Of a DNA stretch of 37,883 nucleotides, positions 27,962-37,746 are shown piece after piece. The DNA is from Pelagibacteraceae bacterium (lineage in GTDB: Bacteria; Pseudomonadota; Alphaproteobacteria; GCA-002720895). The first letter of the stretch is position 1, and each line of letters starts with the position of its first letter. The notes below the pieces were generated by a model. That model was not told the DNA's origin, did not search any database, and saw nothing but the letters and a program-made list of their open reading frames with translations. Position numbers and translations under genes: made by a program. The stretch covers positions 1-37,883 of the forward strand of contig PBIP01000015.1 of NCBI GenBank assembly GCA_002720895.1, written 5' to 3'.

Positions 27962-29067
27962 AAAAAAAAAATAATAGAAGAAATTTTTTAAAAAAAACTG
28001 CTCTTTTATCAACAGCAGCAGCTTTCTCTACATTCATTCCAAAAAAAATAAAGGCGGCTAAATCTTATAATTGGAAAATGGTTACAACGTGGCCAAAAAA
28101 TTTTCCTGGTTTAGGAACATGTGCGGAAATTTTTGCAAAAATGGTGAATGAAGGTTCTGATGGCAAAATGAATATTACAGTTTTTGGGTCTGGTGAAATA
28201 GTTCCAGCTTTTGAAGCGATGGATGCAGTTTCAAGTGGAGCAATTGAAATGGGACATGGTGGCCCATATTATTGGAAGGGGAAAGTTGCTGCTGCTCAAT
28301 ATTTATCAGCCATACCATTTGGTTTAACACCTCAAGAACAAAATTCTTGGTTTGAAAAAGGCGGTGGACAAGAAATAGCTGATAAAATTTATGAAAAAAT
28401 GGGATGTAAATTCTTTGTTTGTGGTAATACAGGGCCTCAAATGGGTGGATGGTACAATAAAGAAATAAAAACAATTGAAGATTACCAAGGCTTGAAAATG
28501 AGAGCTCCGGGTTTAGGTGGTGAAGTAATAAAAGCTGCTGGAGGAACAGTTGTAAATATACATGGAGGAGAATTACTAACATCTATACAATCTGGAGCAA
28601 TTGATGCATTGGAATGGGTGGGACCATATAACGATCTAGCTTTTGGAATTCACAAAGCTGCAAAATATTATTATTATCCAGGATGGCATGAACCTGCTGC
28701 TATTTTAGATTGTTTTATAAATCTAAAAAAATGGAATTCATTACCAAATAACTTAAAAAAAATTATTGCATTGTCAGCAAAGGCCGCTACTCAACAAATG
28801 ACTAATGAAATGATTGCTGGTAACAACATGGCTTTAAAAACACTTTTAAATAAACATGGGGTAAAAGTAAAACCTTTTCCGGATGAAGTATTAAAAAAAC
28901 TTGCCATATTATCTAATAAGGTTCTTAATAAATTATCATCATCTGATGAATTAAGTAAAAAAGTTTATAAAAGTATTATTAAATTTAGAAATGATTCAAT
29001 AAAAAGATCTGAAAATCAGAAAAAATTTTTAGAAACTAGAATGAAATACGTAAATTATGAAAAATAA
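27946..29067 (+). CDS. dctP: TRAP transporter substrate-binding protein (DctP; TakP-like keto/monocarboxylate type) with Tat signal
   Basis: NRRNFLKK twin-arginine signal, WKMVTTWP, YYWKGK, QMGGW, GLKMR.PGLGG, EWVGPY.D and YYYPGWHE motifs. Exact start uncertain (GTG 27946 or TTG 27958). Confidence 0.93.
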   Translation: MGNFLKKKNNRRNFLKKTALLSTAAAFSTFIPKKIKAAKSYNWKMVTTWPKNFPGLGTCAEIFAKMVNEGSDGKMNITVFGSGEIVPAFEAMDAVSSGAIEMGHGGPYYWKGKVAAAQYLSAIPFGLTPQEQNSWFEKGGGQEIADKIYEKMGCKFFVCGNTGPQMGGWYNKEIKTIEDYQGLKMRAPGLGGEVIKAAGGTVVNIHGGELLTSIQSGAIDALEWVGPYNDLAFGIHKAAKYYYYPGWHEPAAILDCFINLKKWNSLPNNLKKIIALSAKAATQQMTNEMIAGNNMALKTLLNKHGVKVKPFPDEVLKKLAILSNKVLNKLSSSDELSKKVYKSIIKFRNDSIKRSENQKKFLETRMKYVNYEK

Positions 29068-29464
29068 TGAATCAATAAATAAAATTGAAGATTTTTTACA
29101 AAGTTATTGGAATGGAAAGCAGAAACTTTGGAAAGCTTTTTGGTTGATGGGTTTTGTTGTTCAAATTATATTCTCATTTTTTTTATTATTTGTTTTATAT
29201 ATTGGATTCTCTTTAGGATTAACATGGTCAATTAAAATTTTTATTTTTTTAATTTCTATGATTTATACTATTTGGATATATGTATCAATATGGAATTGTG
29301 CATACAATGTGAAAAATAAACTATGGGGTCACGTTTCTAGGACAATAGTAATTCTAAATATTGTATTTTTAATACTAGTATATACAGGCATTTTATCTTT
29401 CGATAATACTAATAGCCCTAAATTTATGACTGACGATAATTTATCTATGATTTTAAATAAATAA
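29057..29464 (+). CDS. Small hypothetical membrane protein (about 3 TM)
   Basis: Three hydrophobic stretches, W.G...LWKAFW and VSIWNCA......WG patterns; overlaps the dctP stop. Confidence 0.75.
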   Translation: MKNNESINKIEDFLQSYWNGKQKLWKAFWLMGFVVQIIFSFFLLFVLYIGFSLGLTWSIKIFIFLISMIYTIWIYVSIWNCAYNVKNKLWGHVSRTIVILNIVFLILVYTGILSFDNTNSPKFMTDDNLSMILNK

Positions 29465-29467
29465 TTT

Positions 29468-30835
29468 TTAGTAAAGTATTTCAGGCAACCATAAAGCAAT
29501 TTGTGGAAATTTTGCAATTAATAAAAGAACAATTAATTGAATGGCTACAAAAGGCATAACTCCTTTATAAATATCCGTTGTTTTTATAGAAGCAGGAGCA
29601 ATTCCTCTAAAATAAAATAAAGCAAAACCAAAAGGTGGGGTTAAAAAACTTGTTTGAAGATTAACTGCAATCATTATTCCAAACCAAAGCGGATTAATAT
29701 CCATTTGCAATAATATTGGTCCGATTATTGGTATTATTGTAAAAATTATTTGTATAAAATCTAAAAAGAAACCTAAAAAAAAAATTAAAATCATAAGAAA
29801 TAACATAGCCCCAACAGTTCCGCCTGGTATTTGATTTATAAATAAAGTTAACATTTCTCTACCCTCTAAGCCTATAAAAACTAAAGAAAAAATTTTAGCA
29901 CTTATAAGTATCAAAAAAATCATTGAGCTAATTTTTGTAGTGTCTAATGCAGATTTTTTTAGTATCTCCACAGAAAAACTTTTTTTTAATATTGTTAAAA
30001 CTATTGCTCCAACAGCACCTATAGATGCTGCTTCAGTCGGAGTGGCAATTCCTAGTAGTATAGATCCTAGAACAAGAACTATAAGTATTATTGGTAAAAG
30101 AATTATATTTAAAGTTTTTAATGTGAAAGGTTTTTTTTTACTGTTTATAGCAGGAGCATAATCTGGCTTAAAATAAATTATGATTATTTGCCAAAGACAA
30201 TATAGGGAAACAAGTAAGATGCCAGGTAAAATAGCTCCAGCAAATAAATCAATTGTTGAAATAGGATTTGATGGAATTTTTCCTTGAAGTAATTGTGACT
30301 GACTGTAAGCTCCTTGAAGAACATCGCTTAGCAGTATTAAAACTATTGATGGTGGTATTATTTGACCTAAAGTTCCAGACGCACATATTAATCCAGAAGC
30401 TAATTTTTTATCATATTTCCATTTAATCATTGTGGGCAAAGTAAGTAAACCCATGGTAACTACAGTTGCACCAACAATACCAGTTGAGGCTGCTAATAAA
30501 GTTCCAACAATAATTACAGTAAAACCTAACCCTCCTTTTATTTTTCCAAATAGATTTGCTACAGTTTCTAACAATTCTTCTGCAATTCTAGATTTTTCTA
30601 ATATAAGCCCCATAAATACAAATAAAGGAACAGCTACCAATAGTTCATTGGTCATAGTTCCAAAAATTTTTGATGGTATTAATGCTAAAAAATCTGCACT
30701 TAAAAAATTTGCAAAGGATGCATATATAGCAAATAAAATTGCGGTTCCTGCTAAAGTAAATGCAACTGGAAAACCAAATAATAAAAAAGCAAATGTAGTT
30801 GCAAACATTAAAATACTTAGAATTTCAGCTGTCAT
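29468..30835 (-). CDS. dctM: TRAP transporter large permease
   Basis: G.PVAFTL, AVPLFVFMG, ASTGIVGA, GTLGQIIPPS, ATPTEAA and QTSFLTPPFG motifs. Confidence 0.96.
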   Translation of the reverse strand: MTAEILSILMFATTFAFLLFGFPVAFTLAGTAILFAIYASFANFLSADFLALIPSKIFGTMTNELLVAVPLFVFMGLILEKSRIAEELLETVANLFGKIKGGLGFTVIIVGTLLAASTGIVGATVVTMGLLTLPTMIKWKYDKKLASGLICASGTLGQIIPPSIVLILLSDVLQGAYSQSQLLQGKIPSNPISTIDLFAGAILPGILLVSLYCLWQIIIIYFKPDYAPAINSKKKPFTLKTLNIILLPIILIVLVLGSILLGIATPTEAASIGAVGAIVLTILKKSFSVEILKKSALDTTKISSMIFLILISAKIFSLVFIGLEGREMLTLFINQIPGGTVGAMLFLMILIFFLGFFLDFIQIIFTIIPIIGPILLQMDINPLWFGIMIAVNLQTSFLTPPFGFALFYFRGIAPASIKTTDIYKGVMPFVAIQLIVLLLIAKFPQIALWLPEILY

Positions 30836-31371
30836 AATTTTTTTAAAATTTTAAAGAAAATTTTCTTTTCTTTTTCTTTTATTACTAAAATACATCTAAA
30901 AATTAAAGCAATGGATTGGATAAATAAGAAAAAACAAAAAAGAATGATTGTTGTTTTATATAAATATAAAAATTCTAACCCTCCAGCTTCCCTTGATTTT
31001 TCAAAACTAAACCAAGATTTTAAAACATATGGTATTGAATATTTAGATACAATAAAAACAAAAGGAATAATAAAAAGAACTGAAAAAATAATGTTTATAT
31101 ATGCTTTATATTTTTCATTTAAACTTCTATAAAAAATATCTACTCTTACGTGTTTGTCATGAAGTAAAGAATATGAAGCGCCTAATAAAAAAATTAAACC
31201 ATTCATCCAAATATAAATTTCTTGCATCCATACAAAACCAATATTGAAAAAGTATCTAAAAATAGCAACTGAAAAAGCAGTAAAAGTCATTAAAATAACT
31301 AACCATGATATTTTATTGCCAATTGTGGTTGTTATTTCTTCAATAATTAAGATTATTTTTTTTAAATTCAT
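30832..31371 (-). CDS. dctQ: TRAP transporter small permease
   Basis: RYFFN, QE, LGASY.L..D.HVRVDIFY motifs; about 4 TM; coupled to dctM. Confidence 0.94.
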   Translation of the reverse strand: MNLKKIILIIEEITTTIGNKISWLVILMTFTAFSVAIFRYFFNIGFVWMQEIYIWMNGLIFLLGASYSLLHDKHVRVDIFYRSLNEKYKAYINIIFSVLFIIPFVFIVSKYSIPYVLKSWFSFEKSREAGGLEFLYLYKTTIILFCFFLFIQSIALIFRCILVIKEKEKKIFFKILKKL

Positions 31372-31376
31372 TGTTT

Positions 31377-32075
31377 TTAAATTAAAATATTTTTTGTATA
31401 AAAAGGTAGTTTTTTATTATTTTTTTTTAAAAATTTATTTATAAAAAAACCTGTTAATTTTATTGCTTGTTTTAAAGACTCTTTAGTTGCAGAAACATTA
31501 TGATTTATTAGAAATTCAGGTAAATCTAGTAATTTTTCTTTATATATTTCTCCTTCTTTGTCAGACACAGCCTTACCAGAGTTGGGAGATATATATATTA
31601 AATTATTTTTAATTCCTGATACAGCGCATTTTTCTAAATCAAGTCCATACCCAAGTTCTGATAATAAAAATAATTCCCACTTAACATATGTTTCAAGCCA
31701 ATCTTTAGAAAATAAATTTTCTATCAATTTCATAGTTTCTTTATAAATTTTTTTATAAGGATTATTTTTAGGAAAACTTAATTCTAATATTGAGCAAATT
31801 GTAAGCAACGCATTTAATCTATTTTTATCATCAAAAAGAATAATGCTATTATTTTTTATTAACTCAAATCTGCAATTCCAAAGTTGATTGTCTAATCTAA
31901 AAGTACATTTAATAAAAACTTTGTTACCTATTTCATATGTTCCAAAATCTTTTTTTAATACACCTTTTACCAGACCTGAATTAATACCGTGATTTAATGA
32001 AAAAAAAGTAATTAATAATGAACTTTCTCTATATTTTTTTTTTTTTATTATAATTCCTTCATCATTTATTTGCAT
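31377..32075 (-). CDS. recO: DNA repair protein RecO
   Basis: DEGII.....E.S, HG...GLVKG, WEL.LL.ELGYGLDL..CA.SG and YISP.SG.AVS motifs (alphaproteobacterial type). Confidence 0.93.
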   Translation of the reverse strand: MQINDEGIIIKKKKYRESSLLITFFSLNHGINSGLVKGVLKKDFGTYEIGNKVFIKCTFRLDNQLWNCRFELIKNNSIILFDDKNRLNALLTICSILELSFPKNNPYKKIYKETMKLIENLFSKDWLETYVKWELFLLSELGYGLDLEKCAVSGIKNNLIYISPNSGKAVSDKEGEIYKEKLLDLPEFLINHNVSATKESLKQAIKLTGFFINKFLKKNNKKLPFYTKNILI

Positions 32076-32079
32076 TTTA

Positions 32080-32763
32080 TCAAAGTAATTTATTTTTTAA
32101 AATATGATCAACCATTTTTTTTGCTGCATTAATTTCGGCTATTTTAATTGTATTTGCAGTAGCAGAAAATTTTTTTATTCCTTTTAAAAAGACTTCTATT
32201 TCAAAAATAGGATTATGAGCCGGACCTTCTTTACTTTTCAAAACATATTTGGGTAAATCTAATCCTTTTTTTTGCGCGACCTCTTGCAATAAAGATTTTG
32301 GGTCTTGTGGTGGTAAGATATTTTGTATAATTTTTTTTTCCCAATATTTAAAAATAAATTTTTTTACCTCATTTAAATTTGAGTCTAAATATATTGCTCC
32401 AATTAGTGCCTCGCAAACATCGCTTAAAATTGAAATATTTTTTTTTAAATTTAAATTTTTTCTTTCTGATTTGTCAATTTTTAACATTTCTTTTAAATTT
32501 ATTTCATTTGCAACTTCTAATAATTTTTGTTTAGAAATTAAATCTGATAATCTTTTTGATAAAGCACCTTCATTTTCATTTGGATATTTTGAAAATAAAT
32601 TTTCTGAAATTACTAGAGATAAAACCCTATCACCTAAAAATTCTAACCGTTCATAATTTTCACTCTTTCTTTTTTTAAAACTAGAATGAGTAAATGCTAA
32701 TTCAATTAATTCTTTATTTTTAAAAATATAATTTATTTTTTTCTCAAATTTATCAATTTGCAT
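32080..32763 (-). CDS. rnc: Ribonuclease III
   Basis: ERLEFLGDRVL, D..EALIGAIYLD and dsRBD DPKS.LQE...GPAH.P.F motifs. Confidence 0.98.
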   Translation of the reverse strand: MQIDKFEKKINYIFKNKELIELAFTHSSFKKRKSENYERLEFLGDRVLSLVISENLFSKYPNENEGALSKRLSDLISKQKLLEVANEINLKEMLKIDKSERKNLNLKKNISILSDVCEALIGAIYLDSNLNEVKKFIFKYWEKKIIQNILPPQDPKSLLQEVAQKKGLDLPKYVLKSKEGPAHNPIFEIEVFLKGIKKFSATANTIKIAEINAAKKMVDHILKNKLL

Positions 32764-33556
32764 AATAATTATTTACTTTTTTATTGATAATTTTTCCAAT
32801 TCTATCATACCTAATTCTCCACTTCCAAAATTTTGTAATTCCATAATTTTTTTTATCTAATGAAAAAAAAATCATTTCTGCTTTTCCAACTAAATTTTCA
32901 AAAGGAACAAATCCAACATAATTTAAAACTCTGCTATCTATTGAATTATCTCTATTATCTCCCATAAAGAAAAAATTATTTTCTGGAACCGTGTAAACAA
33001 TCGTATTATCTCCTGCTGCATTATCGCCTTGCATTTCTCTTATAAAATGTTTTTTTCCATTTGAAAAAATTTCAACAAAATCAAATTCATTTAAATAATT
33101 ATTGTGTACTTTGATAACGGATTCTTGAACACTATCTCTCTGAACTTGAATATCATTTATATAAAGCAATCCATCTTTTATTTGAATTTTATCTCCTGGC
33201 AAGCCTATCAATGTTTTAACATAGTCAGTTCTATTATCATTAGGCGTTTTAAAAACAACAACATCCCCTCTTTTAGGATTTTTTTTTAATATCCTATCTT
33301 TAATTAAAGGTAAAGATAATGGTAGCGAATGTTTACTGTATCCATATTTATATTGTGAAACAAAAATAAAATCACCTATCAATAATGTTGGGATCATTGA
33401 TCCAGAAGGTATTTTAAAAGGTTGGAAAAAAACTGTTCTAATAAATATTGCTATTAAACCTGCTGAAAAAATTATTTTTAAAGCTTCCCATTTGCTTTCA
33501 CTTGTAAAAACTATATATAGAACTAAAAGTAATAGTAAAATTATTGATAATTGCAT
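32753..33556 (-). CDS. lepB: Signal peptidase I
   Basis: IPSGSM.PTL..GD, RGDVVVF, DYVK.LIGLPGD and GDNRDNS.DSR motifs. Confidence 0.97.
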   Translation of the reverse strand: MQLSIILLLLLVLYIVFTSESKWEALKIIFSAGLIAIFIRTVFFQPFKIPSGSMIPTLLIGDFIFVSQYKYGYSKHSLPLSLPLIKDRILKKNPKRGDVVVFKTPNDNRTDYVKTLIGLPGDKIQIKDGLLYINDIQVQRDSVQESVIKVHNNYLNEFDFVEIFSNGKKHFIREMQGDNAAGDNTIVYTVPENNFFFMGDNRDNSIDSRVLNYVGFVPFENLVGKAEMIFFSLDKKNYGITKFWKWRIRYDRIGKIINKKVNNYYAN

Positions 33557-33562
33557 AAATTA

Positions 33563-33961
33563 TTATTTTTTTAAAAAGCTAATAATAACATTAGAAACCA
33601 CATAATCTTTTTCATCAGAAATTGAGATATTTATTATCGGTTTATATCCCCTAGGTGTCTTTTTATATAGATATTTTTGGACACGATCGCTTAAAATTAT
33701 ATAAGGTTTGCCATTTAATTTATTTTTTAATGAAATATCTTTAAAAGATATATTTTTTGTAAATCCACTTCCTAGCGCTTTAACAAATGCTTCTTTTGTT
33801 GCAAAAAATTTTGCTAATTTATTTGCAGTTAAACTTATTTTTGTCTTTTTTTTTATTTCATCCTCTGAAAGAATTTTTTTTTCAAATAATTCACCGTACT
33901 TATCGTGTACTTTCTTTACTCTTGATATTTTCAGCAAATCTATACCTGTTCCTAAAATCAT
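33563..33961 (-). CDS. acpS: Holo-ACP synthase
   Basis: ILGTGIDL, FATKEAFVKALG.G, GKP and SISDE motifs. Confidence 0.96.
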   Translation of the reverse strand: MILGTGIDLLKISRVKKVHDKYGELFEKKILSEDEIKKKTKISLTANKLAKFFATKEAFVKALGSGFTKNISFKDISLKNKLNGKPYIILSDRVQKYLYKKTPRGYKPIINISISDEKDYVVSNVIISFLKK

Positions 33962-33966
33962 TATTA

Positions 33967-34719
33967 TTAAGCCGATCTAAGAAGAAATTTTTTTTTTCTA
34001 GAATTATTAATTATATTTTTCATTTTTAAAATTGTTTTTTTTAAACCCATAAAAATAGATTCTCCTATTATAAAATGCCCAATATTTAACTCAGATATTT
34101 CGTTTATTTTAGCTATTTCTTTTACATCATTATATTTTAATCCATGGCCCGCATGACATTCAATATTATTTTTTTTTGCAAACTTAGCGGATTTTTGTAT
34201 TTGAAAAAATTCTTTTTTTTTATTTTTTTTGTTATCACAAAATTCTCCAGTATGTAATTCAATTGAAAAAACTTTTAGTTCAACACATGCTGAAATTTGT
34301 TTTATGCATGGATCAATAAAAACGCTAACTCTAATATTGTGATTTTGTAATTTTCCAATAATAGTAGATATTTTTTTTTTATTTTTTAAAACATCTAAAC
34401 CGCCTTCAGTAGTTATTTCTTTTCTTTTCTCAGGAACCAGGCAAACTCTTTTTACTTTTGAATTAATTGCTATTTTTAACATTTCGTTTGTTGGCGCCAT
34501 CTCAAGATTTAGTGGTATTTTTAACTTTTTTACTAAGTTTTTAATATCGATATCTGAAATGTGTCTTCTATCTTCTCTTAAATGAGCGGTTATATTATCA
34601 GCTCCAGCACTTTGCGCTATTAAAGCCGCTTTTAACGGGTCTGGATGCAAACCACCTCTTGCATTTCTTATAGTTGCAACATGGTCTATATTTATACCTA
34701 ATCTTAATTTAGAATTCAT
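33967..34719 (-). CDS. pdxJ: Pyridoxine 5'-phosphate synthase
   Basis: LGINIDHVATIRNAR, HLREDRRHI, LVPE.R.E.TTEGGLD, HAGHGL and ELNIGH motifs. Confidence 0.98.
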   Translation of the reverse strand: MNSKLRLGINIDHVATIRNARGGLHPDPLKAALIAQSAGADNITAHLREDRRHISDIDIKNLVKKLKIPLNLEMAPTNEMLKIAINSKVKRVCLVPEKRKEITTEGGLDVLKNKKKISTIIGKLQNHNIRVSVFIDPCIKQISACVELKVFSIELHTGEFCDNKKNKKKEFFQIQKSAKFAKKNNIECHAGHGLKYNDVKEIAKINEISELNIGHFIIGESIFMGLKKTILKMKNIINNSRKKKFLLRSA

Positions 34720-36846
34720 TTACTCTCCTTTTATTCTATTAACTGAAGAAACAGAACTCAATGAACGAATTGAAGCAATAATGTTGGTAAAGTGATTTAG
34801 ATTTTTTACTTTAACATCAACTTGCATTTCAAAAAAAGTTTTTTTTCTAGAAGTTAATTTTAAATTAATGATATTTCCTTTATTATTACCTATTGCAGAT
34901 GCAATTTCTCCTAAATTTCCTGGTTCATTAACAACAATAATTAATATCCTCCCTACATATTCTTCTAGACCAACTTTTTTATTATCCCAAGAAAGTGAAA
35001 TTATATTTTTTTTTAAATATTTGCTAATTTCATTACAATCAGTGGTGTGTATTGCAATACCCTTACCTTTAATTGAAATCCCTACAATCTTATCTCCTGG
35101 CATTGGACAGCAACATTTAGAATAATTTATAGCAAACCCAGGTAAAAGTCCTTTAATAGCTATCGAATCTTTTCTTTCTTTTTTTAAATTAGATTTTACA
35201 TTTCTTTCTTTAATTTTTTTAAGTGATGGGTGAATTGCATATAATACTTTAAGTGGATCAAAATTACCTTTTCCAATATTAAAATATAAATCATCAATTG
35301 TAGATAGTTTAAAAAGTTCTAAAGTTTGCTTTAAATTTGCTTCATCAAAATTTTTATTATTTTTTAAAAAGAAATGTTTTAATATTTTTATTCCCAAATT
35401 TGAATATTCTTTATATTCTTTGGTTTTAATAAATTTTTTTATTCTACTTTTTGCCCTTGGTGTTTTTACAAAATTTGACCAATTCGGTGAAGGGCTTTGA
35501 AACTTAGACTTTATAATTTCAACTTGATCGCCATTATTTAAAAAATTTTTTAAGGGTGTAATTTTTCCATTAACCTTAGCCCCTATACAAACATCTCCGA
35601 GTTTAGTGTGAACAGCATAAGCAAAATCAACCGGCGTTGCCTTTTCTGGTAAAGCTATAAGATCTCCTTTTGGAGTAAAGCAAAACACTTGATCTTTAAA
35701 CATTTTCATTTTTGTATTTTCAATAAATTCATCTGGTTCAGAAGATGTTTCGACAATTTCCGTTAATTCTCTTAACCATTTGTATTTTTTTCCTTCTTTA
35801 AAATTTATATCGTTCTTGTATTGCCAATGTGCTGCAACACCAAGTTGTGCAATTCTCTCCATTTTTTTTGTTCTTATCTGAACTTCGATTTTTTGTTTAG
35901 CTGGACCAAATATAGTTGTGTGAATTGATTTATATCCATTTTGTTTTGGTAAACTTATGTAATCTTTAAATTTACCAGGAACTATGGGATAGTTTGTATG
36001 AATTTCTTTTAAACATGAATAACATTGATCTATATCATTTACAATTATTTTAAATGCCATAACATCGGATAATTGCTCAAAAGTTATATTTTTTTTCTTC
36101 ATTTTTCTCCAGATAGAATAAGGTTTTTTCTCCCTTCCCACTATTTCGACATTAATATTTGCTTTTTTTATAACAGTCTGTAATTGACGTATAATTAATC
36201 TAATATTATTCTTTCCCTCAGATTTCAAAAAATTCATTCTTTTAACAATAGTTTTTTTTACATTTGGATTTAGTTCTTCGAAAGCAAGATCTTCTAATTC
36301 ATCTTTTATTTTACGTATTCCAATTCTATCTGCTAAAGGAGCAAATATTTCCAAAGTTTCATTAGAAATCTTTTTCTTTTTTTCTACATTTTTTAAATAT
36401 TTTATTGTTCTCATATTATGCAATCTGTCAGCTAACTTTACAAAAAGAACTCTGATATCTTCAGAAATTGCTAAGATAAATTTACGTAGATTTTCAATTT
36501 GATTATTTTTTTTTGTTTGTTGAAATGAAATTTTTGACAGCTTTGTTACGCCATCAACTAGATTTGCTACTTCAATTCCAAAATTTTTTTTTATTTCTTG
36601 TTTAGTTGCTAAAGTATCTTCGATCACATCATGTAGCAAACCAGTTATTATTGAATTTTCATCTAACTTCATTTGCGCAAGTATATTGGCAACTTCAAAT
36701 GGATGTGAAAAAAAAGGATCTCCTGAAGCTCTTTTTTGACTTCCATGAGCTTTTTTTCCAAAAATATAGGCTTTATTAATATTGTCTGCATTAATTTTTG
36801 GAAAATAATTTTTTACTTTTTCCACTAATTTCGTTTGTTCATTCAT
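34720..36846 (-). CDS. spoT: Bifunctional (p)ppGpp synthetase/hydrolase (long RSH, Rel/SpoT)
   Basis: Intact HD hydrolase motif LLHDVIED, KLADRLHNMRT, KDYI..PK.NGY.S.HT, EVQIRT, TGS DFAYAVHT and C-terminal CC/ACT region. Confidence 0.97.
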   Translation of the reverse strand: MNEQTKLVEKVKNYFPKINADNINKAYIFGKKAHGSQKRASGDPFFSHPFEVANILAQMKLDENSIITGLLHDVIEDTLATKQEIKKNFGIEVANLVDGVTKLSKISFQQTKKNNQIENLRKFILAISEDIRVLFVKLADRLHNMRTIKYLKNVEKKKKISNETLEIFAPLADRIGIRKIKDELEDLAFEELNPNVKKTIVKRMNFLKSEGKNNIRLIIRQLQTVIKKANINVEIVGREKKPYSIWRKMKKKNITFEQLSDVMAFKIIVNDIDQCYSCLKEIHTNYPIVPGKFKDYISLPKQNGYKSIHTTIFGPAKQKIEVQIRTKKMERIAQLGVAAHWQYKNDINFKEGKKYKWLRELTEIVETSSEPDEFIENTKMKMFKDQVFCFTPKGDLIALPEKATPVDFAYAVHTKLGDVCIGAKVNGKITPLKNFLNNGDQVEIIKSKFQSPSPNWSNFVKTPRAKSRIKKFIKTKEYKEYSNLGIKILKHFFLKNNKNFDEANLKQTLELFKLSTIDDLYFNIGKGNFDPLKVLYAIHPSLKKIKERNVKSNLKKERKDSIAIKGLLPGFAINYSKCCCPMPGDKIVGISIKGKGIAIHTTDCNEISKYLKKNIISLSWDNKKVGLEEYVGRILIIVVNEPGNLGEIASAIGNNKGNIINLKLTSRKKTFFEMQVDVKVKNLNHFTNIIASIRSLSSVSSVNRIKGE

Positions 36847-36929
36847 ATTTTATTACACATATTATAATATAAATAATAAAATATACTTTGATTAAAAGAA
36901 ATTTTAAAGATTTTATAAAACAGCTTTAG

Positions 36930-37193
36930 CTATTTTTTTTTTTCAGACTCTAAGTCCTCAAGCATAGCTATATTCTTTTGAAATGATTTAACTAGCTCAA
37001 GTTTTAAATAGCTTAGAGGTATCTTTTCTTGAGCAATTTCTCTCAAAGCAATTACTGTATTTTTATCATTTTCTTTATCCAAATCAGTAATTTCGCCTTG
37101 ATTTAACTCCTTAGCTCTTTGTGATGCATACAAAACTAAATCAAAAGGATTGGAAATTTTTTTTATACAATCTTCTATAGTGACTCTAGCCAT
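36930..37193 (-). CDS. rpoZ: RNA polymerase omega subunit
   Basis: MARVTIEDC, F.LVL.A..RA and DKNTVIALREIA motifs. Confidence 0.97.
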   Translation of the reverse strand: MARVTIEDCIKKISNPFDLVLYASQRAKELNQGEITDLDKENDKNTVIALREIAQEKIPLSYLKLELVKSFQKNIAMLEDLESEKKK

Positions 37194-37232
37194 AATAATT
37201 TATAATTTAATAAAATTTTTTATTTGATCAAC

Positions 37233-37730
37233 TTATTTTTTCCCAATTTTTAATATTTTTTGCTTATCAGTTAAATTGTCTATTAGTTCTTGCAACCCTT
37301 TCTTCTCAATTGGATGCACCCATTTAGGATAAAGTTCCTTAAAAGGTAGTAATACAAATGATCTTTCATGCATTCTGGGATGCGGTGTTATTAATTTATT
37401 TCTTTCATAAATAACTTTTTTTTTATAATCAATTATATCTATATCTATTATTCGTGCTTCGTTTCTTTTTTTTCTCATTCTTCCAAAATTTTCCTCAATG
37501 CTTAATACTAAATCTAATAAATCTAATGGAGATTTATTAGTATTAATTTCTACTACGCAATTAATAAACCATGGTTGGTTTGAAACAGGAACTGGTTCGC
37601 TTTTGTACCAAGATGAGATTTTAGATACATTGATGTTTTTTTTGAGTTCTATAATTGCTTTTTTACAATTTTGTAATGGCGTTTCATTATCTTTGCCATT
37701 TAAATTTGATCCAATACCTAAATATATCAA
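37233..37730 (-). CDS. folK: 2-amino-4-hydroxy-6-hydroxymethyldihydropteridine diphosphokinase
   Basis: YLGIGSNL, Q.WFIN.V, R.IDIDI and PHPRMHERSFVL.P motifs; TTG start. Confidence 0.96.
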   Translation of the reverse strand: MIYLGIGSNLNGKDNETPLQNCKKAIIELKKNINVSKISSWYKSEPVPVSNQPWFINCVVEINTNKSPLDLLDLVLSIEENFGRMRKKRNEARIIDIDIIDYKKKVIYERNKLITPHPRMHERSFVLLPFKELYPKWVHPIEKKGLQELIDNLTDKQKILKIGKK

Positions 37731-37746
37731 TTTATAAATTCTAAAA

